A stretch of DNA of 64,000 bases from an uncultured Candidatus Saccharibacteria bacterium (GCA_964390845.1 CAYMIL010000001.1:11307-75306); one strand, 5' to 3'. Shown: positions 9,264 to 18,962, counted from the first letter of the stretch. Notes: generated by a model from the letters alone, not told the origin. Program-made: numbers and translations.

Positions 9264-9310
9264 AAAAAGGGGCCGGACGCGTTGCGCGTCCGGCCCTCTT
9301 CTTCTTTTTT
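9264..9310. terminator. bidirectional rho-independent terminator (GGGGCCGGACGCG-TTG-CGCGTCCGGCCC flanked by A-run and T-run)
   Basis: 12-bp GC stem read directly; convergent genes end on both sides. Confidence 0.6.
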
Positions 9311-10010
9311 ATAACCCCACCCCTTTCAAAAATTCTTTGAGTTCTTCACCTCGAACCTCTCGATATCCACCTTCCGGCGCACCTGAGAGTGTAAGGTTCA
9401 TCACTCGAGTTCGTTGCAAATCGGTAACATCATTAAAAAGTGCAACAACCATGCGTCGAATCTGATGCTTCTTTCCTTCGGTGAGCGTAATACGAAATGC
9501 GTGATCGTTGAGAATCTGTACCTTGCATGGTTTGGTGATGTGGTCGCCGATGTCTACGCCACCTTCCATTTTTTGTTTAAAATTTTTCCTAATTTTTTCT
9601 CGAGTTCGCACAAGGTATTCTTTTTCGTGCGCGCTATCTGGGTTGAGGAGGCGGTCTGTTACACGGCCATCGTTGGTAAGAATAAGAAGACCGCGTGAGT
9701 TTTTGTCGAGACGACCAACAGGAAATACATCACGCAAGCCCGAGGCCGTTCGTGCATCACGCTCACCCATTTGTGGGGAATGAGTGATAACACCCTTTGG
9801 TTTGTTGTATACGTAATATCTGTACTGCACAGGACCTGTCTTTCCGAGGCGCACCTCGACGACGTCTCGTTCTTGAACCTTGTCACCAAGTTGGGCGAGC
9901 TTGCCATTGATGAACACCTTCTTACGTTCAATAAGCTCGTCTGCGCCACGGCGTGTCGAGTATTTTTTGAGAGCGAGATATTTGTTTATTCGAATCGGGT
10001 ATTCCTCCAT
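9309..10010 (-). CDS. pseudouridine synthase, RsuA/RluB family (S4 domain + catalytic domain)
   Basis: IRINKYLA (S4-like), GRLDKNSRGLLILTNDG catalytic Asp motif. Confidence 0.7.
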   Translation of the reverse strand: MEEYPIRINKYLALKKYSTRRGADELIERKKVFINGKLAQLGDKVQERDVVEVRLGKTGPVQYRYYVYNKPKGVITHSPQMGERDARTASGLRDVFPVGRLDKNSRGLLILTNDGRVTDRLLNPDSAHEKEYLVRTREKIRKNFKQKMEGGVDIGDHITKPCKVQILNDHAFRITLTEGKKHQIRRMVVALFNDVTDLQRTRVMNLTLSGAPEGGYREVRGEELKEFLKGVGL

Positions 10011-10110
10011 GTGATGGCAAAACTATACTTCATAAAATATATTTTGTCAAAACACAGTACAAGACTTTTTTGCTATACTCTATACATTACTCATTAGAGA
10101 TTGTAATCGT

Positions 10111-10473
10111 ATGGGAATCGAATCTATATTGTTTTTGATTGGTCGAGCTGTTTTTGGAGGATATTTTCTCTTTAATGCGTACAACCATCTTGTGCATACA
10201 AAGCACCTTGCGGGGTACGCGCAGTTTAAGGGTGTGCCATCTCCGATGTTTGCTATCTTTGGCTCAGGTCTTTTACTCCTCATTGGTGGTCTTTCATATC
10301 TCACGGGTAGTTATATGCAATGGGGTGGCATCGCACTGCTCGCATTTCTCGTTCCGGTAACATTCAAGATGCACGCATTTTGGAAAGAGCAGGATCCACA
10401 ACAAAGAATGACAGAACGTGTCGCGTTTCTGAAAAATATTGCGCTTATGGCGGCGGTGCTTATGACATTCTAA
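10111..10473 (+). CDS. DoxX family membrane protein
   Basis: GRAVFGGYFLFNAYNHL ... typical DoxX 4-TM layout; upstream TGcTATACT extended -10. Confidence 0.6.
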   Translation: MGIESILFLIGRAVFGGYFLFNAYNHLVHTKHLAGYAQFKGVPSPMFAIFGSGLLLLIGGLSYLTGSYMQWGGIALLAFLVPVTFKMHAFWKEQDPQQRMTERVAFLKNIALMAAVLMTF

Positions 10474-10491
10474 CTGTGTGCAGTTGTAAAT

Positions 10492-11088
10492 ATGAACGAT
10501 TTTGGTTTTTCTTCAAAAACACCGGCATACGATCCCAACAAACCCCGCAACCGAGCCGACTATCTGAAGTGGCTTACGGATGAGGAGGTAAAAAAATATC
10601 TTGCAGAACGCAAGCTCAATTATGGCGTTATGATCGTCAATATTTTGTATGACAACAACGCCGGCAATATTGTGCGGAGTGCAAATGCATTTGGTGCAAA
10701 GGAAATTATTCTCTATGGCCATAAAACATTCGATCGACGTGCGAGTGTTGGCGCGGAGTTTTACGAGCATTTTCGGCACATAAAGTTTGTCGAAGACATT
10801 GATGCTGTATGCGCGGAATACGATGTGATTGTTGCTGTAGAAAATGGCGCACATCTACCGCAAGAAAAAGTTTCATCCCTTGCAGATTTCGCGTGGGATT
10901 CTTCGAAAAAGACTTTGATTATTTTTGGTCAGGAAAGTGGGGGAATACCAACAGAGATATTAAATAAGTGTCATCATGTTGTTGAGATACGACAGTTTGG
11001 TAGCGTCCGCTCTCTCAATGTTGCGGTTGCTGCAGGTATTGTGATGAATGATTACTGTACGAAGACTGCGCAGGGTGCTATAGTGTAA
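10492..11088 (+). CDS. SpoU/TrmH-family (SPOUT) RNA 2'-O-methyltransferase
   Basis: IIFGQESGGIP, SLNVAVAAGIV C-terminal SPOUT motifs. Confidence 0.65.
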   Translation: MNDFGFSSKTPAYDPNKPRNRADYLKWLTDEEVKKYLAERKLNYGVMIVNILYDNNAGNIVRSANAFGAKEIILYGHKTFDRRASVGAEFYEHFRHIKFVEDIDAVCAEYDVIVAVENGAHLPQEKVSSLADFAWDSSKKTLIIFGQESGGIPTEILNKCHHVVEIRQFGSVRSLNVAVAAGIVMNDYCTKTAQGAIV

Positions 11089-11102
11089 GCACTGTACTAC
11101 TT

Positions 11103-11125
11103 CACGATGCAACGTTGTCATCGTG
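11103..11125. promoter_or_regulatory. inverted repeat CACGATG-N9-CATCGTG (spacer contains CAACGTTG) overlapping the pilB GTG start
   Basis: read directly. Confidence 0.25.
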
Positions 11126-12265
11126 TCTGTCATAGAAATCGTCAACACACTCCTCGAGCGCGCGAGGCTCTCATGTGCATCCGATATACATCTTCAGCCT
11201 ACACACCACAATGTGCGTGTGCGTTTTCGTGTTGATGGCGTGTTGCGCGACGAAGATACTCTCGACATACAGACGTATCCGGAAATTGTGTCGAGAATAA
11301 AAATTCTTTCGCACCTGCGTACTGATGAAAGAAATGCTCCTCAAGATGGTCGTTTTTCCTATGGCGGAGGAGATGTGCGAGTGTCATGTGTGCCATCGCA
11401 TCATGGTGAGTGTGTGGTGCTGAGATTACTTATGTATACGATGGGTAATTGTTCGTTGGAAAGCATGGGTTTTTCAGAAGGTGATGTGCAAAAGATATAC
11501 AGGGCACTTCAAAAACAGTGGGGTATGGTGCTTGTTACAGGTCCAACGGGTTCCGGAAAAACAACAACACTTTATTCACTTGCAAAAATTCTCAACAAAC
11601 CAGATGTTTCGATTGTAACAATCGAGGATCCGGTCGAATATGCGGTGGATGGAATGAAACAGATCAATATCAATCCGCGTAGTGGTCTTACGTTTGCACA
11701 TGGACTTCGTTCGGTGCTGCGGCAAGATCCAGACATTATCATGGTCGGCGAAATTCGAGATACAGAAACTGCACACATCGCAACGCATACAGCACTGACG
11801 GGGCACATGTTGTTGTCTACGCTACATACTGTCGATGCATCTTCTGCAATACCTAGGCTCGTCGATATGGGCGTTGAACCGTTTCTGATTTCCTCGACAC
11901 TTACAATGGTGATTGCTCAAAGACTTGTACGAAAAATATGTCCACAGTGCAAAACGACGCGAACACTTTCTCAAGCACAACGCAATGCACTGATGGGTGC
12001 ATACGGTTGGGAGATATCGTCTGTATATTATGGCGCAGGATGTGACGTGTGTGGACGCTGCGGCTTTGTTGGGCGTGAGGTGCTCGCTGAGATTCTTGAG
12101 GTGGATCAACACATACGAGATGTGATTGTGCATTCCCACGATGCGTCACACGTTCGTGCCGTTGCGCGTGAACATGGCATGGTCTCGATAGCGTCTCAGG
12201 GATTGGGCAAGATTATGCAGGGAGTCACGACACTTGAAGAGGTGCTTGAGCTTCTTCACGAATAA
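11123..12265 (+). CDS. pilB: type IV pilus/type II secretion assembly ATPase, GspE/PilB family (short form lacking N1 domain)
   Basis: Walker A GPTGSGKTTTLYS, Asp/His boxes, C-terminal tetracysteine CPQC...CDVCGRCG. Confidence 0.8.
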   Translation: MSVIEIVNTLLERARLSCASDIHLQPTHHNVRVRFRVDGVLRDEDTLDIQTYPEIVSRIKILSHLRTDERNAPQDGRFSYGGGDVRVSCVPSHHGECVVLRLLMYTMGNCSLESMGFSEGDVQKIYRALQKQWGMVLVTGPTGSGKTTTLYSLAKILNKPDVSIVTIEDPVEYAVDGMKQININPRSGLTFAHGLRSVLRQDPDIIMVGEIRDTETAHIATHTALTGHMLLSTLHTVDASSAIPRLVDMGVEPFLISSTLTMVIAQRLVRKICPQCKTTRTLSQAQRNALMGAYGWEISSVYYGAGCDVCGRCGFVGREVLAEILEVDQHIRDVIVHSHDASHVRAVAREHGMVSIASQGLGKIMQGVTTLEEVLELLHE

Positions 12266-12269
12266 ACAG

Positions 12270-13313
12270 ATGAGTGGTCTCAAAAAACAAGCGCACATGA
12301 TGTCTCGGATGGCGTTTCTTATGCGTGCGGATATGTCTGTCATAGAAAGCATACGGCTTTTGTGTGATCAGGCTCGATCACCTCGAGAGCGTAGGTTATT
12401 TGAAGCGCTTATATCGGGTGTTGCACGCGGAGACGCATTCAGCGATTGTCTTACATCTATACAACCACCATTTGATACTCTTGCGATTTCTATGATTCGC
12501 ACCGGTGAACGTACGGGAACACTTGCGCATACATTGTTTCTTGTCGCCGAAGAGCTTACCAAGCGAGAACGTCTTCGAAGAAAAATGACGTCCGCATTTC
12601 TGTATCCAGTGTGTATTGCTGTTGCAACGCTTGGTATTGCGGGAACAATTGTTCTCTATGTACTCCCTAAAATTACGCCGATTTTTTCTGGTATGGGAAA
12701 AGAGTTGCCATTCACAACCCGAACACTGATTGCAATTCACCATATTCTGCAGATCTACTGGGTGTGGTTTGTGCTCGTTGTGGCGATGTTGTGCGTGACA
12801 TCGTGGTATGTTTGGAGCAAGACAAAACGCGCACGCATGGTAGTGGAGCAAGTGCTTGTGCGTGTACCACTGTGTGGCGGTATCCTGCGTCGATATGAAA
12901 TTATCAGAGCGTGTCGGACAATCAGTACAATGCTTTCCGCCACAATTCCTATAGAAAAAGTTTTTTATGCGACAGCAGAAAGCGCATCCTTTGTATTGTA
13001 CGCAGAAGTGTACAAGCATGCTGCGCTTCGCGTAACGTCTGGTGCGCCACTGTATGTAGCACTAGCTGATTATGCATATGTATTTCCAGATATGGTGGTG
13101 CCCATGGTGCGCGTCGGTGAATCCTCTGGAAGTCTGCGTGATGTCTGCGTGCACCTCGCTGATCTATATGAAAAAGAGCTCGACGATATTGTTAAAAATC
13201 TTTCGAGCGTGATTGAGCCGGTGCTTATGGTGGTGATGGGTCTTCTCGTGGGTTTTATTGCAATTTCTATTATTAGTCCTATATATGGGATCACACAACA
13301 GCTTAGGCGGTAG
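12270..13313 (+). CDS. pilC: type IV pilus platform protein, GspF/PilC family (two T2SSF domains)
   Basis: duplicated T2SSF-like halves, 3 TM; follows pilB by 4 nt. Confidence 0.7.
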   Translation: MSGLKKQAHMMSRMAFLMRADMSVIESIRLLCDQARSPRERRLFEALISGVARGDAFSDCLTSIQPPFDTLAISMIRTGERTGTLAHTLFLVAEELTKRERLRRKMTSAFLYPVCIAVATLGIAGTIVLYVLPKITPIFSGMGKELPFTTRTLIAIHHILQIYWVWFVLVVAMLCVTSWYVWSKTKRARMVVEQVLVRVPLCGGILRRYEIIRACRTISTMLSATIPIEKVFYATAESASFVLYAEVYKHAALRVTSGAPLYVALADYAYVFPDMVVPMVRVGESSGSLRDVCVHLADLYEKELDDIVKNLSSVIEPVLMVVMGLLVGFIAISIISPIYGITQQLRR

Positions 13314-13320
13314 GGCATTT

Positions 13321-13749
13321 ATGGTGGAGGGCTTTACTCTTATAGAAGTGCTTGTCGTTCTTGCAATAACAAGCATGTTGTTTTTATGCGCGCCATTTTT
13401 AGATATTTCTGCTGTCGTACATACGTCTCCGCGTGATGAGGCACGTATCTTTTCACATGCGCTCCACGTGGCGAGAACTGCTTCACTAAACGGTATCAAT
13501 AATGATGCGCATGGCGTGCACGTTGGAGATGGTGTCTTTGTTGTGTTTTCTGGTAGCCAGTATCGTGAAGGTGTAGATGTAGATATTGAGTTCCCAAGAA
13601 ATATGTCTATAGATGTAGAGCCGTCAAACATTGATACTGTATTTGAAAAAGGAACAGCAGTGCATGGTAAACGTACTGTTGTGATGTTTGGTCACGGTGA
13701 ACATGCTGTGGCTGTAACGATTGGCTATGAAGGAGGAATTGATTTTTAA
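13321..13749 (+). CDS. prepilin-type N-terminal cleavage/methylation domain pseudopilin
   Basis: GFTLIEVLVVLAI class III signal motif. Confidence 0.6.
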   Translation: MVEGFTLIEVLVVLAITSMLFLCAPFLDISAVVHTSPRDEARIFSHALHVARTASLNGINNDAHGVHVGDGVFVVFSGSQYREGVDVDIEFPRNMSIDVEPSNIDTVFEKGTAVHGKRTVVMFGHGEHAVAVTIGYEGGIDF

Positions 13750-15118
13750 ACATCGAGGATTTTCGACACTGGAAATTATTATCGCGGTGGCGATTGTGTT
13801 GATTGCGCTCGCTGTGGCGGCGAGCGCTCTCTTTTCTGTAGACCTATCTACACTCGGCGGCGAGCTATCCCTTGCCTCAGTCTCTACGCTTGAAAAATAT
13901 TTTATAGAAATTTCACAATCTTCGAATGATACTGTCTCAGTGGGCACAGATATTACACAGTGTATACAAAGGGTACACATAGAAGATGTGGGGCTTATAC
14001 GTGGTATTCCTCGCGCGGTATCCGCTGAGTTTCTTGTTGTCGATACACATTTCCCTGAGCAAATTAAGGAAAGTTGTTATGCTCCCGAACCACACGCGCA
14101 AGATTGGGCTGAGTATTCGGTGCAGTCTTTTTTGCTGTCAGATGTTGTGCACCAAGAAACGATTACTGATATTGATGTCGTGTCTGGTATCGCGTACATA
14201 TCTCTCACAAGTGATAGTCCCACAAGCACAGATTTGATTGTATTTGATACCGAGCAGGGTTCTGTGATTTCATCAACTGATATTGGGAAAGGAATTGTCG
14301 CACTTGATGCAATACAAGGTTATGTGTTTACTGCAAATGAAAGCTCAACAACACAGCTCTCTGTTATTCGTACAGACACACTAGAGCATCCCACTGTTGT
14401 AGCGGAGCGCGGCTTGCAAGGTGTCGACCCATACGGCTCTTTTCCGTATGGTAGAAGCGTTACGTATGTTGACGGTATCGTCTATGTTGGTACACGAGAA
14501 ACAGCTGGACCAGAATTTCACATGTTTGACGTGCACAACCTCGAGTCTCCCTATGAGGTTAGTTTTCTTGAGTTATCTCATAATGTTCACGATATCTCTG
14601 CAAAAAATGGCTTTGCATATCTTGCAACATCTGCGGACACAAAAGAAATTATCATTCTTGATGTACATGACCCATGGACGATACATGAAGTCGGGTCATT
14701 TAACGCAGGCACAAGCGCGAGTGCGGATAGGGATGCAATGAGTGAGTATCTCATTGGCACAACACTCTATGCTGGTCGTCGGCGCGGTAACGCGCAGACT
14801 CGAGAGTTGTATGCGATAGACATGGCTTCTTCAACGGCACCGTTGGAACGTTTTTCCGTGCGTGTACCACTTTCTGGTACAACACATATCAGTGGGCTCA
14901 TCGCGCAGGGAAATGTGCTGTTTGTATCGAGTACAGATCCAGCGTACGGTTTTAGTGTGTATGACATGTCAGATGTTGGGAATGTACGACGTTTAGAGAC
15001 TACCGTGTTTGCTGAAGCTATCGATGCACTTGATAGTGAAAATGGAGTGGTCTATGGTGTGAGTAATTCTAAAAAGAGTATCTATGTATTCAAACCATCG
15101 AGGGTTTACGCTCATTGA
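13721..15118 (+). CDS. large pilin-like protein: prepilin N-terminus fused to LVIVD-repeat beta-propeller-like domain
   Basis: RGFSTLEIIIAVAIV prepilin motif; at least 6 repeats of G(F/I/V)AY...(I/V)(F/L)D(V/T)..P type. Confidence 0.55.
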   Translation: MAMKEELIFKHRGFSTLEIIIAVAIVLIALAVAASALFSVDLSTLGGELSLASVSTLEKYFIEISQSSNDTVSVGTDITQCIQRVHIEDVGLIRGIPRAVSAEFLVVDTHFPEQIKESCYAPEPHAQDWAEYSVQSFLLSDVVHQETITDIDVVSGIAYISLTSDSPTSTDLIVFDTEQGSVISSTDIGKGIVALDAIQGYVFTANESSTTQLSVIRTDTLEHPTVVAERGLQGVDPYGSFPYGRSVTYVDGIVYVGTRETAGPEFHMFDVHNLESPYEVSFLELSHNVHDISAKNGFAYLATSADTKEIIILDVHDPWTIHEVGSFNAGTSASADRDAMSEYLIGTTLYAGRRRGNAQTRELYAIDMASSTAPLERFSVRVPLSGTTHISGLIAQGNVLFVSSTDPAYGFSVYDMSDVGNVRRLETTVFAEAIDALDSENGVVYGVSNSKKSIYVFKPSRVYAH

Positions 15119-15545
15119 GGTACTCATCTATATCGGTTTGCTGTCTGTCATACTTTCCGGCGTTTTTGTGACAGCTGTATATCTTATTGAGTACGGCGAT
15201 GCGCGTACTCGGAAGATTGAAACCTTGGAGGATAGTCAATTCGTGATAGAAAAAATACAATCTTTTCAAAATTTTGGTTTTGACGTGGTGGAGCCAGCGG
15301 TTGGTGCAACAAGCTCAAAGCTTATTCTCGAGCGTGGAGATGAGCGTGTGAGTGTGTACGCAAGCACTGGTGCTGTGTTACTGCAGAGAAATGATGGTCT
15401 ACCAGAAGCGCTTACGCGACGTGGTCTGTTTGTTCATGCATCGAGTACGCTCGAATTTTCTTTTCTTGAAGAGGGTGGTGTGTTTGTGTATTTATTCATG
15501 AATGGTTTGTTATCTACTACACATATATGGATGTATGGCGTATAA
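15084..15545 (+). CDS. prepilin-type pseudopilin
   Basis: MYSNHRGFTLIEVLIYIGLL. Confidence 0.5.
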   Translation: MYSNHRGFTLIEVLIYIGLLSVILSGVFVTAVYLIEYGDARTRKIETLEDSQFVIEKIQSFQNFGFDVVEPAVGATSSKLILERGDERVSVYASTGAVLLQRNDGLPEALTRRGLFVHASSTLEFSFLEEGGVFVYLFMNGLLSTTHIWMYGV

Positions 15546-15916
15546 GACAGGGGGGTTATATTGCAGTAATGTCGGCAGTAGTGCTGTCGGTGGTATTAAT
15601 GGCGCTGTCCGTGCGTCTATCTGTTGCAGGTCTTTCGACGAAGTGGGCTAGTGTGTACCATGAAGGGCGCGCACGCGCTCAATTTCTCGTGTATTCGTGC
15701 ATTGATGTCGCGAGGCTATTTGTCGCTCAACATAGTTCTTATGGTGACGTGTACACCGTGCCGGTGGGAGACGAGGAGTGCACAATAGCGTTTGTGCAAA
15801 GAGATGGCCAGTATATTGTGGTGGATAGTTCGGCACAGGTCTCAGAGAGTCTTTTGGGTGTACGAGTTTCTATCGACACCCATTCTCCCACCTATGAGTG
15901 GCATATCGTGCGCTGA
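15527..15916 (+). CDS. pilus-operon membrane protein (possible PilX-like minor pilin)
   Basis: N-terminal hydrophobic helix, position in pilin operon; no canonical G-F motif. Confidence 0.35.
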   Translation: MDVWRIRQGGYIAVMSAVVLSVVLMALSVRLSVAGLSTKWASVYHEGRARAQFLVYSCIDVARLFVAQHSSYGDVYTVPVGDEECTIAFVQRDGQYIVVDSSAQVSESLLGVRVSIDTHSPTYEWHIVR

Positions 15917-15935
15917 GTTTGATACAATACACAAC

Positions 15936-17177
15936 ATGAAGAAACAGAAAATCGTGATTCTCGGAGGTGGTTTTGGAGGTGTGTACTCGTACTTGTCGTT
16001 AAGAAAGTATCTTGGTCGCAATGAGGCTGAGGTTGTGTTTATCAGTAAGACAAACTATTTTCTGTTTACGCCACTTCTCCATGAGGTTGCAACTGGCGGG
16101 CTTGATGATGAAGAGGTTGTTGAGTCTATACGAAGTATTTCATACAAAACAGGCGCGGACGTCATGGTTGCTGATGTTGTGGGTGTCGATACGGAGCGTC
16201 GTGTTGTACGCACGTCTTCTGGAGACGTCTCATACGACTACCTCGTTGTTGCTCTTGGTGGTACGACAAATTTCTACAATATTCCCGGTGCGCAAGAACA
16301 TGCTTTGGTACTTAAAGATTTAGCAAATGCAGTCGATATTCGCAATCGATTCATTTCTACATTTGAAGAGGCATCCCATATTGAAAATGCAGAGACAAGA
16401 AAAAAGATGTTAAGTTTTGTAGTGGTAGGTGGTGGTCCTACGGGCGTAGAGCTTGTTGCAGAAATGGCAGATCTCTTTTTCAATGCGTTTCGTAAATATT
16501 ACAAAGGACATATCTGTGCGGGAGACGTATCTATTCACCTCATAAACAAAGGGCCAGAATTGCTCCCAATGTTTGATCCAGTGTTGCGGGCGCGCACACT
16601 CAGCGTACTTCGCGCAAAGGGTGTCGATGTGTTACTCAACAAAGATGTGTCGGAGGTTACAAAGCAAAGTGTGCGTTTGGCGGACGGTGAAGTGATTCCC
16701 GCATCGCATGTGTTGTGGGCTGCTGGCGTGATGCCTCAGCCTCTTGAGTTTGATAGAGAGGTCGAGCGTGACCGTGGAGGTCGGATTATTGTTGATGAAT
16801 TTTTGCGTGTAAAAAATACTGACACATTGTTTGCACTTGGAGATATTGCATCCTACACGCCAGATGCGGGAATGCCTCTACCAATGCTTGCGCAGGTTGC
16901 TGTTCAGCAGGGCGCTATTGTGGGGAAAAATATTGCCGCACATATACGGGGTCAACGTCTCTCACGCTTTACATATCACTCACGAGGAAGTCTTGTGTCA
17001 CTTGGTAAATGGCAGGCAGTAGGTAAGGTGTTTGGAACACTCTGGACGGGGCCACTTGGTTGGTGGATGTGGCGTACAGTCTATCTCTTCAATTTTGCAT
17101 CGTGGCCGAAGCGTATCAAGATTGCCGTTGATTGGACGATACACCTCTTTTACCCTCGAGATATTACAAAGGCATAA
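15936..17177 (+). CDS. ndh: type II NADH dehydrogenase / FAD-dependent pyridine nucleotide-disulfide oxidoreductase
   Basis: two Rossmann GxGxxG motifs (ILGGGFGG, VVGGGPTGVE). Confidence 0.7.
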   Translation: MKKQKIVILGGGFGGVYSYLSLRKYLGRNEAEVVFISKTNYFLFTPLLHEVATGGLDDEEVVESIRSISYKTGADVMVADVVGVDTERRVVRTSSGDVSYDYLVVALGGTTNFYNIPGAQEHALVLKDLANAVDIRNRFISTFEEASHIENAETRKKMLSFVVVGGGPTGVELVAEMADLFFNAFRKYYKGHICAGDVSIHLINKGPELLPMFDPVLRARTLSVLRAKGVDVLLNKDVSEVTKQSVRLADGEVIPASHVLWAAGVMPQPLEFDREVERDRGGRIIVDEFLRVKNTDTLFALGDIASYTPDAGMPLPMLAQVAVQQGAIVGKNIAAHIRGQRLSRFTYHSRGSLVSLGKWQAVGKVFGTLWTGPLGWWMWRTVYLFNFASWPKRIKIAVDWTIHLFYPRDITKA

Positions 17178-17325
17178 CCCATTGCGTCTTTAATATTTGT
17201 GTTGTACGATATTTCTTGGTAGTTCATCGTTGTGTTTTCGCGTTGGATTCCACTGTGCGTGTCCCTATGGATGGGGCTGCCTGTGCCCGACAGTTTTCGG
17301 GTAACATCGCGTTTGGAGAATTGTC

Positions 17326-17838
17326 TTGACCTCTTACCTCGAACACTACAAGAAGAAGTTGGCTCGCGATCGCAGCAGTCCTGCGATGCGACAGGCGCGG
17401 CGTCCGACCGGAGCTCCTCTCATCATCCCCGATGACGAGCAGAAGCGTCTGGATCGGATCAAGAAGCGCCGCGCTGCTGAGATCGCCGCGCGTAAGCGCA
17501 AGCTTGAGAAGCCGGACCCGCCTCCGCGCGAGCTCGGGTGGATGCGCTTCGTGCGCTACGTTGTCGATGGGAAGGAGATGTACTGGCCTTCTGGCGGCCC
17601 TGTGTGGGTTGCGTATCAGGACAACACGATGTTCGTCCTGCCGGAGGGCTGTCTGCTCTTTCACGGTCGCAACGTTGAGGATTTCGAGATTGAGTGCCGT
17701 GAGGGTGCTCGGGTTGAGCTCCCGTCGCTTCCCAACGTCGCGCCCGTGTCCGCAATGACTGCCGGACCCAAGGATTTCCGTGTCGTCGTGGAGGAATTCA
17801 CCATGCCCAAGGCAAGCAAGAAGCGTGTCGCGGCCTAG
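17326..17838 (+). CDS. hypothetical basic N-terminus protein in ~60% GC island (TTG start, GGAGAA SD)
   Basis: strong GC3 bias in this frame versus antisense ORF 17224-17901. Confidence 0.4.
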   Translation: MTSYLEHYKKKLARDRSSPAMRQARRPTGAPLIIPDDEQKRLDRIKKRRAAEIAARKRKLEKPDPPPRELGWMRFVRYVVDGKEMYWPSGGPVWVAYQDNTMFVLPEGCLLFHGRNVEDFEIECREGARVELPSLPNVAPVSAMTAGPKDFRVVVEEFTMPKASKKRVAA

Positions 17839-17873
17839 GCTGGGCATCAACAAGCGCAGAAAACACAATCCCT

Positions 17874-17910
17874 GGGGAGTTGGCTTACGCCGACTCCCCA
17901 CATTTTTTTC
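17874..17910. terminator. bidirectional terminator GGGGAGTTGGC-TTAC-GCCGACTCCCC + T7
   Basis: read directly; loop contains stop codon of minus-strand gene. Confidence 0.55.
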
Positions 17911-18256
17911 TATACAAAGCGTCTATTTTTTCAGCAAGAATAAAATCGTTTTCAGAAAGACTGTTGAGTGAGTGGGTGTAGAGGGTAAGTGTGACTTTGT
18001 TCCAGTCGTGCAGAGAGATGTTGGGGTGGTGCCCTTCAGCTTCTGCGATTGCACCAACATCATTTACAAAACCGAGTGCTTCAGAAAAATCTTTGAATTT
18101 TAATGTTTTTTCAATTCGAATATCGTCAATAAGGCTCCATTGGTTGAGCCCCTCTTTTAAATTCATCGCCGCTTCGATATCCAGAGCACCGTCCGCGTCT
18201 TCACAGGGTACACAATGTTTTTCTTCTCGTCGTTGAGAATTATTCTTTTCCGTCAT
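17885..18256 (-). CDS. pterin-4a-carbinolamine dehydratase (PCD/DCoH family)
   Basis: EAEGHHPNISL ... LTLYTHSLNSLSEND motif pattern. Confidence 0.65.
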   Translation of the reverse strand: MTEKNNSQRREEKHCVPCEDADGALDIEAAMNLKEGLNQWSLIDDIRIEKTLKFKDFSEALGFVNDVGAIAEAEGHHPNISLHDWNKVTLTLYTHSLNSLSENDFILAEKIDALYRKKCGESA

Positions 18257-18962
18257 ATGAGTATTTCAGGCCGTTGCGCACAGGTGCGTGTTTTATAATC
18301 TCGAGGATTTCATCTTCATTGTCGGTAATGGTGTAGAGGTTGATGTCTGCACGGTCTATTGTACCGAGGTCGAGTAGGTTTTTATGTATGAACTGTTCCA
18401 AGTCTTTCCAGTACTCGCTACCAACAAGAATAATAGGCACAGATCGGATTTTTCGAGTCTGAACGAGAGTGAGAATTTCAAAACATTCGTCGAGTGTGCC
18501 GAAGCCACCTGGAAAAAAGATGTATGCTTCAGCGCAAAATGAAAGACAGACTTTTCGCACAAAGAAATAATAGAGATCGAGGTGGTCGGTGAGGTACGGG
18601 TTCGTTGCTTGTTCGTGCGGGAGTTTGATGGTGAGGCCGACAGATGATCCATGTGCATCAAATGCACCACGGTTTGCCGCTTCCATGATGCCAGGACCTC
18701 CGCCAGTTACAATAGAGTAACCAAGCTCGCTTACAATACGTTTGCAGAGTGCTCGAGTTTTTTCGTAATATGGGTGCCCTTCTACAAAACGCGCAGAGCC
18801 GAAGACTGTAACAGATTTTTCGTAACGAGTAATAAATTCAAAACCGTCAGTAAACTCTTGTTTGATTCGAGAGACTCGCTGAGCCGCCGCTTCGCGGATT
18901 TCTTCCAAAGAAAGTGGGGTAATGGGAAGATTTTTTTCCGGGATGTTGAGTCTTTTTTTCAT
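18240..18962 (-). CDS. LOG family (TIGR00730) nucleotide 5'-monophosphate nucleosidase-like Rossmann protein
   Basis: GGGPGIMEA and PGGFGTLDE motifs. Confidence 0.7.
   Translation of the reverse strand: MKKRLNIPEKNLPITPLSLEEIREAAAQRVSRIKQEFTDGFEFITRYEKSVTVFGSARFVEGHPYYEKTRALCKRIVSELGYSIVTGGGPGIMEAANRGAFDAHGSSVGLTIKLPHEQATNPYLTDHLDLYYFFVRKVCLSFCAEAYIFFPGGFGTLDECFEILTLVQTRKIRSVPIILVGSEYWKDLEQFIHKNLLDLGTIDRADINLYTITDNEDEILEIIKHAPVRNGLKYSYDGKE

Noticed and set aside
12396-13019. 207-aa Cys/His-rich minus-strand ORF inside pilC
   Set aside because: Antisense to a well-supported T2SSF-family gene; no start context.
17224-17901. 225-aa minus-strand ORF antisense to 17326-17838
   Set aside because: The plus-strand frame has strong GC3 codon bias and an SD+TTG start. 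The minus frame runs through the bidirectional terminator.
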